Shown in pieces: positions 28,541 through 37,969 of a stretch of DNA of 64,000 nucleotides. How positions within the stretch are numbered: the first letter of the stretch is position 1; each line of letters opens with the position of its first letter. Origin of the DNA: Candidatus Multivoradales bacterium (lineage in GTDB: Bacteria; Acidobacteriota; Thermoanaerobaculia; Multivoradales; J023). The notes under the pieces are model-generated. The model was not told the origin of the DNA and searched no databases. It saw nothing but the letters and a program-made list of their open reading frames with translations. A program made the position numbers and the translations under genes. Location: the NCBI GenBank assembly GCA_965250305.1, contig CBDFNS010000013.1:1-64000 (forward strand), in the 5' to 3' direction.

Positions 28541-29191
28541 ATGGGCGTGCACACACCACGGCATCATCCCGCGGAAGAATGGCTGATACAGCATGCCGCG
28601 GGTCAACTTGATGTTGCCTCGCGGGTATTGATTGAAGCACATTTGTCATCTTGCCTCGCCTGTTCACAGAGCCTTGCGTCCCATGCGGAACCGGGTCGGC
28701 GATGGCTCGAGGAACAACCGGTAGTCGCCGCCAAGCCTTCGATCTGGGAGAGCTTGAGTCGCCAGATCGAAGACGAGAAGTCCACCGGGGAGCCTCTGGT
28801 TGCGGATCTGCCGCTGCCCATGGGTGCGCGTGGGGAGTTGCCGGACCCTGGCAGGCAGCCACGCTGGCGCAAGATGCCGTTGAGCAGTGCGCGGTTCGCG
28901 TTGTTGTATCGCGAACCTGACACGGGTTGCCACCTCGCCGCGGTTCGCATTCCGGGAGGTCGGACATTCCCACGGCATGAGCACCTCGGCGCTGAAGATG
29001 TTGTGGTTCTGACCGGCGCCTTCCGCGATGAGCAAGGTCACTTCCAGCCCGGTGATTTTCAGCACAATCCGTCGGGTACCCGACATGCGCCGGAGGTCGA
29101 TCCGGGGGAACCGTGCTGGATTGTTGCTCGGTACGAGGCGGGCATTCGCTTTTTCGGTCTGCGCGGCCTGCTGTTGAAGTTCGCCTTCTAG
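28541..29191 (+). CDS. ChrR-type zinc-binding anti-sigma factor with C-terminal cupin domain
   Basis: HLSSCLACSQ (HxxxCxxC) N-terminal motif and a cupin-like C-terminus. The start is 1 nt after the sigma stop. Confidence 0.7.
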   Translation: MGVHTPRHHPAEEWLIQHAAGQLDVASRVLIEAHLSSCLACSQSLASHAEPGRRWLEEQPVVAAKPSIWESLSRQIEDEKSTGEPLVADLPLPMGARGELPDPGRQPRWRKMPLSSARFALLYREPDTGCHLAAVRIPGGRTFPRHEHLGAEDVVVLTGAFRDEQGHFQPGDFQHNPSGTRHAPEVDPGEPCWIVARYEAGIRFFGLRGLLLKFAF

Positions 29192-29406
29192 TGGATTGTT
29201 ACATTTGAATCGAAAGTGCCTGCCTGGGTAGCCGAGAATGCCGCCGATATTGCGGCCGAGGGCGAGGCTCAAGGTGCGTAGCCGCAGGATGTACCCTGGC
29301 AGGGTGCCGATTTCGAACTGGCCGATCCGGGCGTTCTCCAGCAAAACCTCTCTAGCAGAGAAGCTGACCAAGAACCGCCTGAACGGCGAATGAACGAGCG
29401 GTCGAC

Positions 29407-30363
29407 CTAACCGCTTGGCAGCTCGAGAACGACTCGCAAACCGCCAAACCGGGACTCCTTGAAAGCCACCTTGCCGCCATAGAGCCGGACCACGTTCTGG
29501 ACGAGCCTCAGGCCGATACCGCCGCCAGGTCTCGGATCGCCGAGGAGGTGGCCCCGCGCCAGGACAGTGCGCTCTAGCTCAGAGAGCCCGGGCCCATCGT
29601 CTTCCACCGTGAGCGTAACCCGGTCTCCCGAAGTCTGGGCCCCGATCACCACTTTAGATCGAGCCCACTTGCACGCATTGTCTAGAAGGTTGCCCAGCAC
29701 CTCCTCGAGATCTTCACGATCGCCGCAGAAGGTGAGTTCCCGCGTGACGTCGACCTCGATCTCCAGGGCCTTCTCTTGGTGGAGCTTGCGCATGGTGCGG
29801 GTCAATCGTTCGACCGCCGAAAGAACTTCGCAAGTCGACTCCGGAGGATGGGCGAGGTGAGCGGCGGCGGCTCGAGCCCGGCCAAGGTGAAGCTCGACCT
29901 GAGCGGCCATTGCCTCTACCTGTTGGCGCATGTCCCCGGTTGAGATCTCCCCCTCGGCTGCCATACGCTGAAGCTCATTGCCGAGGATTGCCAGCGGCGT
30001 CTTGAGACCGTGGGCGAGGTTGTCGGCTTCGAGGCGCGAGCGCTCGAGCGCCTCCTGATTGCGTCGCAGAAGGTCGTTGAGGTCGTCGATCAGCGGTTGA
30101 ACCTCCTTCGGATAGCTACCGTCGAGACGGTCTGATGCGCCTTTCCGAACTGAGACGAGACGGCGACTCAGGCGACCGAGTGGCAGGAAGCCGACGACCA
30201 CGGTGAGCACGCCCGCTACCATCAGGACGATGGCAAGGATGCAAACCATAGCGATCCAGGCGCCGCCGCCAGGGAAGTAGCCCACCGCCGCCAACAGCAG
30301 AGCCCCCGCTGCCCAGAGGAGCCCGCCGATGAGGATTGCGGCCCGCAGCGAAGCGCGCTTCAT
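29407..30363 (-). CDS. Sensor histidine kinase (two TM segments, HisKA + HATPase)
   Basis: H-box LAHGLKTPLA; N/G boxes LLDNACKW, DDGPGL and GGIGLRL. Confidence 0.85.
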   Translation of the reverse strand: MKRASLRAAILIGGLLWAAGALLLAAVGYFPGGGAWIAMVCILAIVLMVAGVLTVVVGFLPLGRLSRRLVSVRKGASDRLDGSYPKEVQPLIDDLNDLLRRNQEALERSRLEADNLAHGLKTPLAILGNELQRMAAEGEISTGDMRQQVEAMAAQVELHLGRARAAAAHLAHPPESTCEVLSAVERLTRTMRKLHQEKALEIEVDVTRELTFCGDREDLEEVLGNLLDNACKWARSKVVIGAQTSGDRVTLTVEDDGPGLSELERTVLARGHLLGDPRPGGGIGLRLVQNVVRLYGGKVAFKESRFGGLRVVLELPSG

Positions 30364-31022
30364 CGGTCGGCGGGGATCTGGTAGCCGAGACCCCGCACGG
30401 TTCGAATCAGATCCGCTCCAAGTTTTCGGCGTATCCGAGCGACGAACACTTCGATGGTGTTCGAGTCCCGATCGAAATCCTGGGCATAGATGTGCTCGAT
30501 GAGCTCAGTTTGAGAGATGGTGCGACCCGCGTTGTGAAGGAGGTATCGGAGGACCCTCAGCTCGTGCGATGTCAGCTGAACCGGGTCACCGTCGAGCCTG
30601 ACCTCGAGAGAGCGTGTGTCGAGCGTGACGCGTCCGTAGCACAGCTCGGCCGATCCTGAGCCGCCGGCGCGCCGCAGCAAAGCTCGGAGCCGGGCCGAGA
30701 GCTCCTCCATGCGGAACGGCTTGGGAAGATAGTCATCGGCGCCAGCGTCTATGCCGGCCACGCGTTCATGCCAGCGCCCACGAGCGGTCAGGATCAGCAC
30801 AGGGGTTGAGAGGCCCGCACTCCGCCAGCTCTCCAGCACGCAAAGGCCGTCGAGCGAAGGCAGGCCGAGATCGAGGACGATGACATCGTACGGCTCGGTC
30901 GCCCCAAGGTGCCGAGCTTCCGCTCCGTCCGCAACCAGATCCACTGCGTACCCTTCCGCAGAAAGCTGATCGGCCAGCTGTCTGGCCAACTCGGGCTCAT
31001 CCTCTACCACCAACACTCGCAT
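30360..31022 (-). CDS. OmpR-family response regulator
   Basis: REC domain (VEDEPEL..VIVLDLGLP) and winged-helix C-terminus. Overlaps the histidine-kinase start. Confidence 0.9.
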   Translation of the reverse strand: MRVLVVEDEPELARQLADQLSAEGYAVDLVADGAEARHLGATEPYDVIVLDLGLPSLDGLCVLESWRSAGLSTPVLILTARGRWHERVAGIDAGADDYLPKPFRMEELSARLRALLRRAGGSGSAELCYGRVTLDTRSLEVRLDGDPVQLTSHELRVLRYLLHNAGRTISQTELIEHIYAQDFDRDSNTIEVFVARIRRKLGADLIRTVRGLGYQIPADR

Positions 31023-31085
31023 TCCTCACTCCGTGCAGATCCTACAACGTGTTGTGCAGTGTTGTCCCTATTGCGTTGCGACCTT

Positions 31086-31862
31086 CTAGTGAGAAGACGC
31101 GCGGTGGCGGAGGATCGCGGCGCAAAAACCGATCGGGATCAAAATAAAGAAGAGGTTGTAAGGCTGGGGCCCGCCGGGAAGCTCGACTCCCGTCGCCCCG
31201 GCGATCATGACTCCCAAGTAGGGACCGATTCCAAACACCATGCCGAGCAAGAGGAAGGTCAGCCCGTCCGCGCGACGTTCGGCTGGTGTCGCGCGCGCGA
31301 AGCGAATCCCAACGACGACAATCGTCAAGACAGCGAAGAGGTTGGGAACCGTCGCGTGGAGACCCCAGAAGGCTTGCGTCAGCGCTTGCGCAGCCGGCAT
31401 CTGAGGCGCCAGGGCGATGATCGTCGCCGCCACTAGACCTGACACCGCAACCGGACCGTAGAGCAAGATCGGCATCCAGCGGGGCAAGTGCGGCCGCAGC
31501 GGCTGCGGAAAAACCAGCGCGAAGTGAAGCAACAAGGCCTCGCTGAGGAAGCCGCTCACGAACAGGTACACAATCCAGGCGTTGGAGGAGACACCAAGCG
31601 GCCCACCCCAGTGGAGACCCGCGAATGCGGCGTAGAGGGCGAAGAGCCAGCTCGCTCTCGTACCGGCCCAATGATGAGCGATCAGGCCACAAACAATGAA
31701 ACCGAGCCCCATCACGCCCAGGGTCACAAACATTGTATGGTCCAGCTCTGACAGATCGCCCGCCAAGACAGCGGACTGTTGCCGCCACGGTGACGCCAAG
31801 CGCCAGCCAAACGCCAAGATAGCTGCGATCCAAAGTAGTAGGTATTTCTTTTGCTCGTTCAT
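31086..31862 (-). CDS. Integral membrane protein (about 7 TM) upstream of the response regulator/kinase operon
   Basis: Hydrophobic helices throughout. No known domain recognised. Confidence 0.5.
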   Translation of the reverse strand: MNEQKKYLLLWIAAILAFGWRLASPWRQQSAVLAGDLSELDHTMFVTLGVMGLGFIVCGLIAHHWAGTRASWLFALYAAFAGLHWGGPLGVSSNAWIVYLFVSGFLSEALLLHFALVFPQPLRPHLPRWMPILLYGPVAVSGLVAATIIALAPQMPAAQALTQAFWGLHATVPNLFAVLTIVVVGIRFARATPAERRADGLTFLLLGMVFGIGPYLGVMIAGATGVELPGGPQPYNLFFILIPIGFCAAILRHRASSH

Positions 31863-31992
31863 GGTTCAACAAGACCACTCGGCGCCTGAACCTGGGATGA
31901 ACAACCGGAGGCAATTTCGGGCTTGACACGGCTTATGACAGGGGTCCAAGGGGGATTCTCCAACGTCGCTCACCAAACAACATCTGGCTCAT

Positions 31993-32697
31993 CTAGAGAG
32001 ATGTTGGTGGGCCTAGTGACCTAGCAGGCCGATGTTGGGTACGCGCGAGTGTCCGGAGTCGGTCGGACGGATAGACATGATGTCCCGCTGACTCCGCCTG
32101 GGCAATATTCACCAAGGCTTGGGCAACTTGGCGGGCGTGGATAGGGCGGTACCGCTGTAGCGGGCCGATCATCAGGAACAAGAGTGCTTGCGAGAAACCG
32201 ATCGCCAGGCGTTCGGCGACCCGCACCTCATCGCGGTCGCCGAGCAGCAAGGAAGGGCGAAGAACGTGATAACTCTCAAACGGCAATCGAGCGATCGCGT
32301 CTTCGATTTCGCCCTTGACCCGGCTGTAGAACGAGTGTGCGGTGCGTCGGGCGCCAATGGCGCTGACCAGCAGGTATTGCTTGGCATTGTGCTCGGCGGC
32401 CAGCCGCGCTGCTTCGAAGGGATAGACGAAGTCGACCTGCCGGAAGGCGTCCTGCGAGCCGGCTTTCTTGATCGTGGTGCCCAGGCAGCAGAAGACATCG
32501 TCGACGGCAAACAGATCCCGATGGTCGCCGAGGCGCTCGAAGTCGACTACTGGAGCCTCGAGCTTGGCGTGCTCGGTATCGAGCGGTCGTCTTCCAGGGG
32601 CAATGACCCGGTGCCAGGCGTCGTCATCGAGCAGCAACTCGAGCAGATGGCCGCCCACCAACCCGGACGCTCCGAGCACCAAAGCGGTGCGGGTCAT
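31993..32697 (-). CDS. NAD(P)H-binding (atypical SDR / NmrA-like) oxidoreductase
   Basis: ALVLGASGLVGGHLL Rossmann motif. ATGA overlap with the upstream deoxyhypusine-synthase-like gene. Confidence 0.7.
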   Translation of the reverse strand: MTRTALVLGASGLVGGHLLELLLDDDAWHRVIAPGRRPLDTEHAKLEAPVVDFERLGDHRDLFAVDDVFCCLGTTIKKAGSQDAFRQVDFVYPFEAARLAAEHNAKQYLLVSAIGARRTAHSFYSRVKGEIEDAIARLPFESYHVLRPSLLLGDRDEVRVAERLAIGFSQALLFLMIGPLQRYRPIHARQVAQALVNIAQAESAGHHVYPSDRLRTLARTQHRPARSLGPPTSL

Positions 32698-33671
32698 GAC
32701 GCCAGCACGTACGCGAACACCAGCGGCGCGACGATGGTGGCGTCGGATTCGATGACGAACTTGGGACAATCGATGTCCAGCTTGCCCCAGGTGATCTTTT
32801 CGTTGGGCACCGCGCCGCTATAGGAACCGTAGGACGTGGTGCTGTCGCTGATTTGACAGAAGTAGCTCCACAGCCGGGTGGGCGTGCGCAGGTCCTGCTC
32901 GATGAGCGGTACAACGCAGATGGGAAAGTCACCGGCTATGCCACCAGCAATTTGAAAAAATCCCACCCCAGCCTCCTGGGTCGCCTTCTGGTACCAGTCG
33001 ATCAAGGAGACCATGTAGTGGGTACCGCCGCGAACGGTATCGATGCTCGACACCTCACCCTTGATCGACGCCGCGACGAACATGTTGCCGAGGGTCGAAT
33101 CCTCCCAGCCCGGTACGAACAACGGGAGATCACGCTCGGCAGCGGCGATGAGCCACGAGTCCTTGGGATCGATTTGGTATTGGTCGGCCAGCACACCTTC
33201 GTTCAGGATCCGGTACAGAAACTGGTGGGGGAGCAGCCGCTCACCAGCTTGATCCGACTGCTGCCAGTAACGTAGAACTGTCTTTTCGATACGCCGCATG
33301 GCCTCGTCTTCGGGGATGCAGGTATCGGTGACGCGGTTCAGGCCTCGATCGAGCAAGGCCTGCTCATCCATGGCGGATAGCGCCCGCCAATCGTCGATCT
33401 TGACGTAGTGGTCGTGGGCGACCAGGTTGAAGACATCTTCCTCGAGGTTGGCGCCTGTGCAACAAATGGCGTGAACCTTGCCGGCCCGAATCAGCTCGGC
33501 GACCTGGATGCCGAGCTCCGCGGTCGACATCGCGCCTGCGATGGTGAGAAACATCTTGTTGCCTTGCGCCAACTGATCGACCCAGCCCTGTGCGGCACGC
33601 TCCAGCGTTCGGGCATTGAAGTGCCGGTAGTGATGGCGAATGAAGGTCTTGACCGCGTGCACATCCGTCAT
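32694..33671 (-). CDS. Deoxyhypusine synthase-like protein (bacterial homospermidine synthase-type)
   Basis: DHS-family sequence over the full length (..AICCTGANLEED.., ..FQIAGGIAGDF..). Confidence 0.75.
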   Translation of the reverse strand: MTDVHAVKTFIRHHYRHFNARTLERAAQGWVDQLAQGNKMFLTIAGAMSTAELGIQVAELIRAGKVHAICCTGANLEEDVFNLVAHDHYVKIDDWRALSAMDEQALLDRGLNRVTDTCIPEDEAMRRIEKTVLRYWQQSDQAGERLLPHQFLYRILNEGVLADQYQIDPKDSWLIAAAERDLPLFVPGWEDSTLGNMFVAASIKGEVSSIDTVRGGTHYMVSLIDWYQKATQEAGVGFFQIAGGIAGDFPICVVPLIEQDLRTPTRLWSYFCQISDSTTSYGSYSGAVPNEKITWGKLDIDCPKFVIESDATIVAPLVFAYVLAS

Positions 33672-33895
33672 GGGAAACGTCCTTTACGTCGGATTTAGAT
33701 GGGCCACTTCGAAGCTGCTGGTTGGCGGGCGAGATGGTAGCAGAGGAGGGCATGAGTCGCGGTGCCGCTCGTGAATTGCCAGCTGTTGAGTACGTGCTGT
33801 AGAGTTCACCGCGTTTCGCTACGCTGCGATGTCCTGCGTGAACGCTTCCTGGGACAGGCGCAGTTGGTTTCGACACACCGAACGGAACCGTTGTC

Positions 33896-35806
33896 ATGGC
33901 CAGCTCCCATACCCAACCCAAACGCTGGACAACCGCCGACGCAGTCGAGGAATACGGTATTGGCTCCTGGGGCGAAGGCTTCGCGGGAATCAATGATGCA
34001 GGTCACCTCGAAATCGGCCCCGGTCCGTCACGGATCGACCTGAAAGAGTTGGTCGACGAGTTGGTCGAACGCGGAATCGACCTGCCGCTGCTGATCCGGT
34101 TCACCGACATGGTCGAAGCGCGGGTCGAGGCGCTCAACGGTGCCTTTGCCCGGGCGATTGCTTCTTACGAGTACAGCGGCTTGTATCGCGGGGTCTATCC
34201 GATCAAGGTCAACCAAGATCGGTACCTGGTAGAGAGCTTGCTGGAATTCGGCAGCCGCTATCATTTTGGACTCGAGGCTGGCTCCAAGCCTGAGTTGATG
34301 GCGGCGATCGCGATGCTCGACGATTCCGAGGCGTTGATCGTTTGCAACGGCTACAAGGACGCTGCCTACGTCGATACCGCCTTGCTCGCCTCGCGGCTTG
34401 ATCTACGGATCGTGTTGGTGGTGGAGAAACCCTCGGAGCTGCGGTTGATCGTCGAGCGCTCGAGGGCCCTGGGAATTGCGCCTCGGATCGGTATGCGGGC
34501 ACGGTTGAGCAGCCGTGGCGCTGGCCACTGGGAAGCGTCGGGTGGTGACCGATCCAAGTTCGGCCTCGGTGCCCGCGAGTTGCTGGAAGCGGTGGAGTAC
34601 CTGCAAGCGGAAGCGATGGTCGACGCGTTTGTCCTTTTGCATTTCCATTTGGGCAGCCAGATCTCCGCCATCCGCAGCATCAAGAACGCGCTGCGGGAGG
34701 CAGGTTGGTTGTACGTCAACCTGCGAAACATGGGAGTGCCGCTCGAGTTCTTCGATGTTGGTGGGGGACTCGGGGTCGACTACGACGGTTCACGGACCAA
34801 CTTCGCGTCGTCGATGAACTACTCGGTCCAGGAGTACGCTAACGACGTGGTCTACAGCCTGATCGAAGTCTGTGAACAACACGACATTCCCCATCCGACC
34901 ATCGTTACCGAGTCGGGGCGGGCCACGGTTGCTCACCATGCGGCCTTGGTCATGGAAGTACTCGAGGTGGGTGAATTTCGCATTGGTACCCTCCCGGACT
35001 CGCCACCTGACGATGCCGAACCGGTACTGCGTCACCTGTTCGAAGCCTATGATTCGCTGACCGCCAAGAACGCGCGCGAGACCTACCATGACGCCCTTCA
35101 GTACCGCGACGAGTGCCAGAGTCTCTTTAGCTTGGGGCATTTCTCCCTGCTCCATCGCGTATTGGCCGAGGATCTCTTCTGGGCCATTTGTCACCGGGTT
35201 CGCGAGCGCCTCACCGATTTGCCACGACAGGGTGATCAGCTCCGTTTGATCGAAGGTGCGTTGGCCGACACCTACTTCTGCAATTTCTCGTTGTTTCAGT
35301 CCTTACCGGATTCGTGGGCGATTGATCAGCTCTTTCCGATCCTGCCGATCCACCGGCTGGGTGAGGAACCGACCCGGCGTGCGGTGTTGGCGGACATCAC
35401 CTGTGACTCCGATGGCATGATTAACCGGTTCATCGATCCGCGCGAGGTCCGTTCGGTGCTCGAGCTGCATCCCATGCGGGCCGAGCCGTACTACCTCGGG
35501 GTGTTCCTGGTGGGCGCGTATCAGGAGATTCTGGGCGACTTGCATAACCTATTTGGCAACACCAACACCGTCCATGTCTCGTCTGATGGCAAGGGTAGTT
35601 ACACCATCGATCATGTCGTCGCCGGCGACACGGTGACCGATGTGCTTCGTTACGTAGGATACGAGCGGCGCAGCCTGATCGCCCGGATTCGCCGCGCGTC
35701 GGAGCGCGCGCTGGCCAATGGTTGCATGACCCGGGAGCAGGCGCGTGAGCTGGTGGCTGGCTACCAAGCGGGCTTGGCTGCGTCAACGTACCTCGAACGG
35801 CGGTAG
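33896..35806 (+). CDS. speA: Biosynthetic arginine decarboxylase
   Basis: SpeA hallmark N-terminus (..YGIGSWGEGFAGINDAGHLEI..) and the PLP fold-III region YPIKVNQ. Confidence 0.9.
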   Translation: MASSHTQPKRWTTADAVEEYGIGSWGEGFAGINDAGHLEIGPGPSRIDLKELVDELVERGIDLPLLIRFTDMVEARVEALNGAFARAIASYEYSGLYRGVYPIKVNQDRYLVESLLEFGSRYHFGLEAGSKPELMAAIAMLDDSEALIVCNGYKDAAYVDTALLASRLDLRIVLVVEKPSELRLIVERSRALGIAPRIGMRARLSSRGAGHWEASGGDRSKFGLGARELLEAVEYLQAEAMVDAFVLLHFHLGSQISAIRSIKNALREAGWLYVNLRNMGVPLEFFDVGGGLGVDYDGSRTNFASSMNYSVQEYANDVVYSLIEVCEQHDIPHPTIVTESGRATVAHHAALVMEVLEVGEFRIGTLPDSPPDDAEPVLRHLFEAYDSLTAKNARETYHDALQYRDECQSLFSLGHFSLLHRVLAEDLFWAICHRVRERLTDLPRQGDQLRLIEGALADTYFCNFSLFQSLPDSWAIDQLFPILPIHRLGEEPTRRAVLADITCDSDGMINRFIDPREVRSVLELHPMRAEPYYLGVFLVGAYQEILGDLHNLFGNTNTVHVSSDGKGSYTIDHVVAGDTVTDVLRYVGYERRSLIARIRRASERALANGCMTREQARELVAGYQAGLAASTYLERR

Positions 35807-35912
35807 TGTCGCGCGTTCAGGGAGTCGGTTCGTCGATCAGGGTGCGGTAGAATCGGTGGCAACGAGCATCGCCGCCTAGCATTCGCGCGAGCGCGAGGAA
35901 GGAGAATCGAGC

Positions 35913-36614
35913 ATGAATGTGATGAATTACGCGGTTTCCCAGAGCGTTCCCGTGTCCCAGCTGGGGGTGAGCCCACGCGCGACCTTTATCAATCGCACCT
36001 ACACCCACTTGTTTGGCGCCATTTTGGCCTTTGTCGGGATTGAGTTCGCCCTTTTCCAAAGCGGCCTGGCCGATCGTATGGCCCAGGCGATGATGGGGGT
36101 GAGCTGGCTGCTCGTGCTCGGCGGCTTCATGGTCGTCAGCTGGTTCGCCAGCAAGGCGGCGTTTTCGGCGCGATCTTTGGGCGCCCAGTACGCGGCGTTA
36201 GCCGCCTTTGTAGTGGCCGGAGCGATCATCTTCGTACCGCTCTTGTTCATGGCACAGCGGGTGGCGCCGGGTGCGATCCGTAGCGCTGGCATGGTGACCC
36301 TACTCGGGTTCGCGGGCCTCACCTTCGTCGCGTTCACGACCCGCAAGGACTTCTCGTTCTTGGGTGGCCTTCTGCGTTGGGGCATGATCAGTGCGCTGAT
36401 CTTGATCGTCGCTGCCGTGCTGTTCGGATTTCATCTCGGCACGTGGTTTTCAGTCGCGATGGTCGTGCTCGCGGGTGGTTCAATCCTCTACAACACTTCG
36501 AATGTGTTGCACCGTTTCCCCGAAGATCGCTACGTTGCCGCCGCGCTCCAGCTCTTCTCTTCGGTTGCCTTGATGCTCTGGTACGTCCTGCGCATCTTCA
36601 TTTCTCGTGACTGA
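35913..36614 (+). CDS. Bax-inhibitor-1/YccA-family membrane protein
   Basis: RTYTHLFGAILAFVGIE signature and 7 TM segments. Confidence 0.8.
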   Translation: MNVMNYAVSQSVPVSQLGVSPRATFINRTYTHLFGAILAFVGIEFALFQSGLADRMAQAMMGVSWLLVLGGFMVVSWFASKAAFSARSLGAQYAALAAFVVAGAIIFVPLLFMAQRVAPGAIRSAGMVTLLGFAGLTFVAFTTRKDFSFLGGLLRWGMISALILIVAAVLFGFHLGTWFSVAMVVLAGGSILYNTSNVLHRFPEDRYVAAALQLFSSVALMLWYVLRIFISRD

Positions 36615-37083
36615 GATCTGCATTCAGGAACGGCTCGCCCCGAACAATCGTTGTTTCGGGTGCGGGCCGACCAATGGCCAGGGATTGCGAATTCGCAGCT
36701 TCCCGTCGACCGATCGTCCAAATGACACGCTGGTTTGTGAGTGGACGCCCGCGCCGCACCACGAGGCCTTTGGCAACGTGCTCAACGGTGGCATCATCGG
36801 CACCTTGCTCGATTGCCACAGCAACTGGGCCGCGGCCTGGTTCCTCATGCGGCGCGACGGTGAAGACAAGGCACCGGCGACGGTTACGATGGACTTCCAT
36901 GTCAAGTTGAAACGACCGACCCCGACCGATGGCCCCGTGCACCTGGTTGCGGCTGCCGTCGCGTCGGAAGGAAGCAAGGTCACCGTCGAAGCGAGGCTCG
37001 AGGCGGGCGGCAAGGTCACTGCCACGTGTCTCGGGAACTTTCTCGCGGTCCAGCCGGGGCATCCGGCCTACGAGCAGCGGTAG
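36607..37083 (+). CDS. Hotdog-fold thioesterase (PaaI/4HBT-like)
   Basis: ..NRCFGCGPTNGQGL.. and ..HGGIIGTLLD..-type motif (GNVLNGGIIGTLLDCHSN). Confidence 0.75.
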   Translation: MTEICIQERLAPNNRCFGCGPTNGQGLRIRSFPSTDRPNDTLVCEWTPAPHHEAFGNVLNGGIIGTLLDCHSNWAAAWFLMRRDGEDKAPATVTMDFHVKLKRPTPTDGPVHLVAAAVASEGSKVTVEARLEAGGKVTATCLGNFLAVQPGHPAYEQR

Positions 37084-37153
37084 TGCGTCGGTGATCCATG
37101 CGGGCTCTCGCGCCGCCCGCCAGACGCTTTGCGATTCTATGCGCAACAGGCTC

Positions 37154-37960
37154 CTAGTCGCCACAGATCGCTTCGAGCGCTGTGCGGTCCTTCAACATGA
37201 ACCCCTCGTCCCTGGTCTCGACGATGCCGGCCTTGCCCCACCGGCTCATGACGCGAATGGCGGTTTCGATCGTCGTTCCTGCCATGTCGGCGAGATCCTG
37301 GCGCGACAGGGGTACCGGCACGAACGTGGCCTGGCCTCGTGCTTGACCGACCGAGTCGCTGAGTTTCATAAAGAGTAAGGCGAAGCGTGACTCGACCCGT
37401 GAGAACGCGGCTTCGACTACGCAGTTGCGACACTCCGCTGCATGCTCCGAGAACACCGCCAGCACATCGCCGAGCAGGCGCGAATCGGCAGACATTGCCG
37501 CCAGCAGCTTTCGGTTCGGGATGTCGAGGCACACGGAGCTTTCGAGCGCTATGACATTTGCGTTACTTTCCCGTCCGCCGAGTACCGAGATACCGATCGG
37601 GTCGCCGGGACTGAAGAGCGCCAGCAGCGCGCTGCGGCCGTTGGCCAGCGCCCGCGTCATTTTCAGACGGCCCCGCACCACGATGAACACCGATGCCGAT
37701 GGTTTTCCTTCTTCGAGGATCACTTCGCCTGGCTGCAGCGGCCGTGGCGTGCCCGCCAACACCAAGGCGGTAAGGCTGGGGACCGGAAGCTGAGCGTAGC
37801 GGTCATAGGCCGCCAGCGTTTCGATCAACGCATCGGTTACGAAGGGGTTATCGTTGGTCTCGATCATGGTCATGGATGTCATGGGTGAACCATGATCGAG
37901 GCTAGCGGCTGTACGGCTCAAAGTCACCGCCCCATCGGGTGGTGCCTTACTGGGTGGCAA
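37154..37960 (-). CDS. Crp/Fnr-family transcriptional regulator (cNMP-binding + HTH)
   Basis: cNMP-binding beta-roll (GEVILEEGKPSASVFIVVRGRLKM) and a C-terminal HTH (RQDLADMAGTTIETAIRVMSRW). The start may be the internal MTSMTM (37882). Confidence 0.8.
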   Translation of the reverse strand: MPPSKAPPDGAVTLSRTAASLDHGSPMTSMTMIETNDNPFVTDALIETLAAYDRYAQLPVPSLTALVLAGTPRPLQPGEVILEEGKPSASVFIVVRGRLKMTRALANGRSALLALFSPGDPIGISVLGGRESNANVIALESSVCLDIPNRKLLAAMSADSRLLGDVLAVFSEHAAECRNCVVEAAFSRVESRFALLFMKLSDSVGQARGQATFVPVPLSRQDLADMAGTTIETAIRVMSRWGKAGIVETRDEGFMLKDRTALEAICGD

Positions 37961-37969
37961 GGCGGGGCG

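Noticed and set aside
28664-29371. 235-aa minus-strand ORF overlapping the 3' end of the anti-sigma gene
   Set aside because: It overlaps a well-supported CDS and is low-complexity with no homology, so it is likely spurious.
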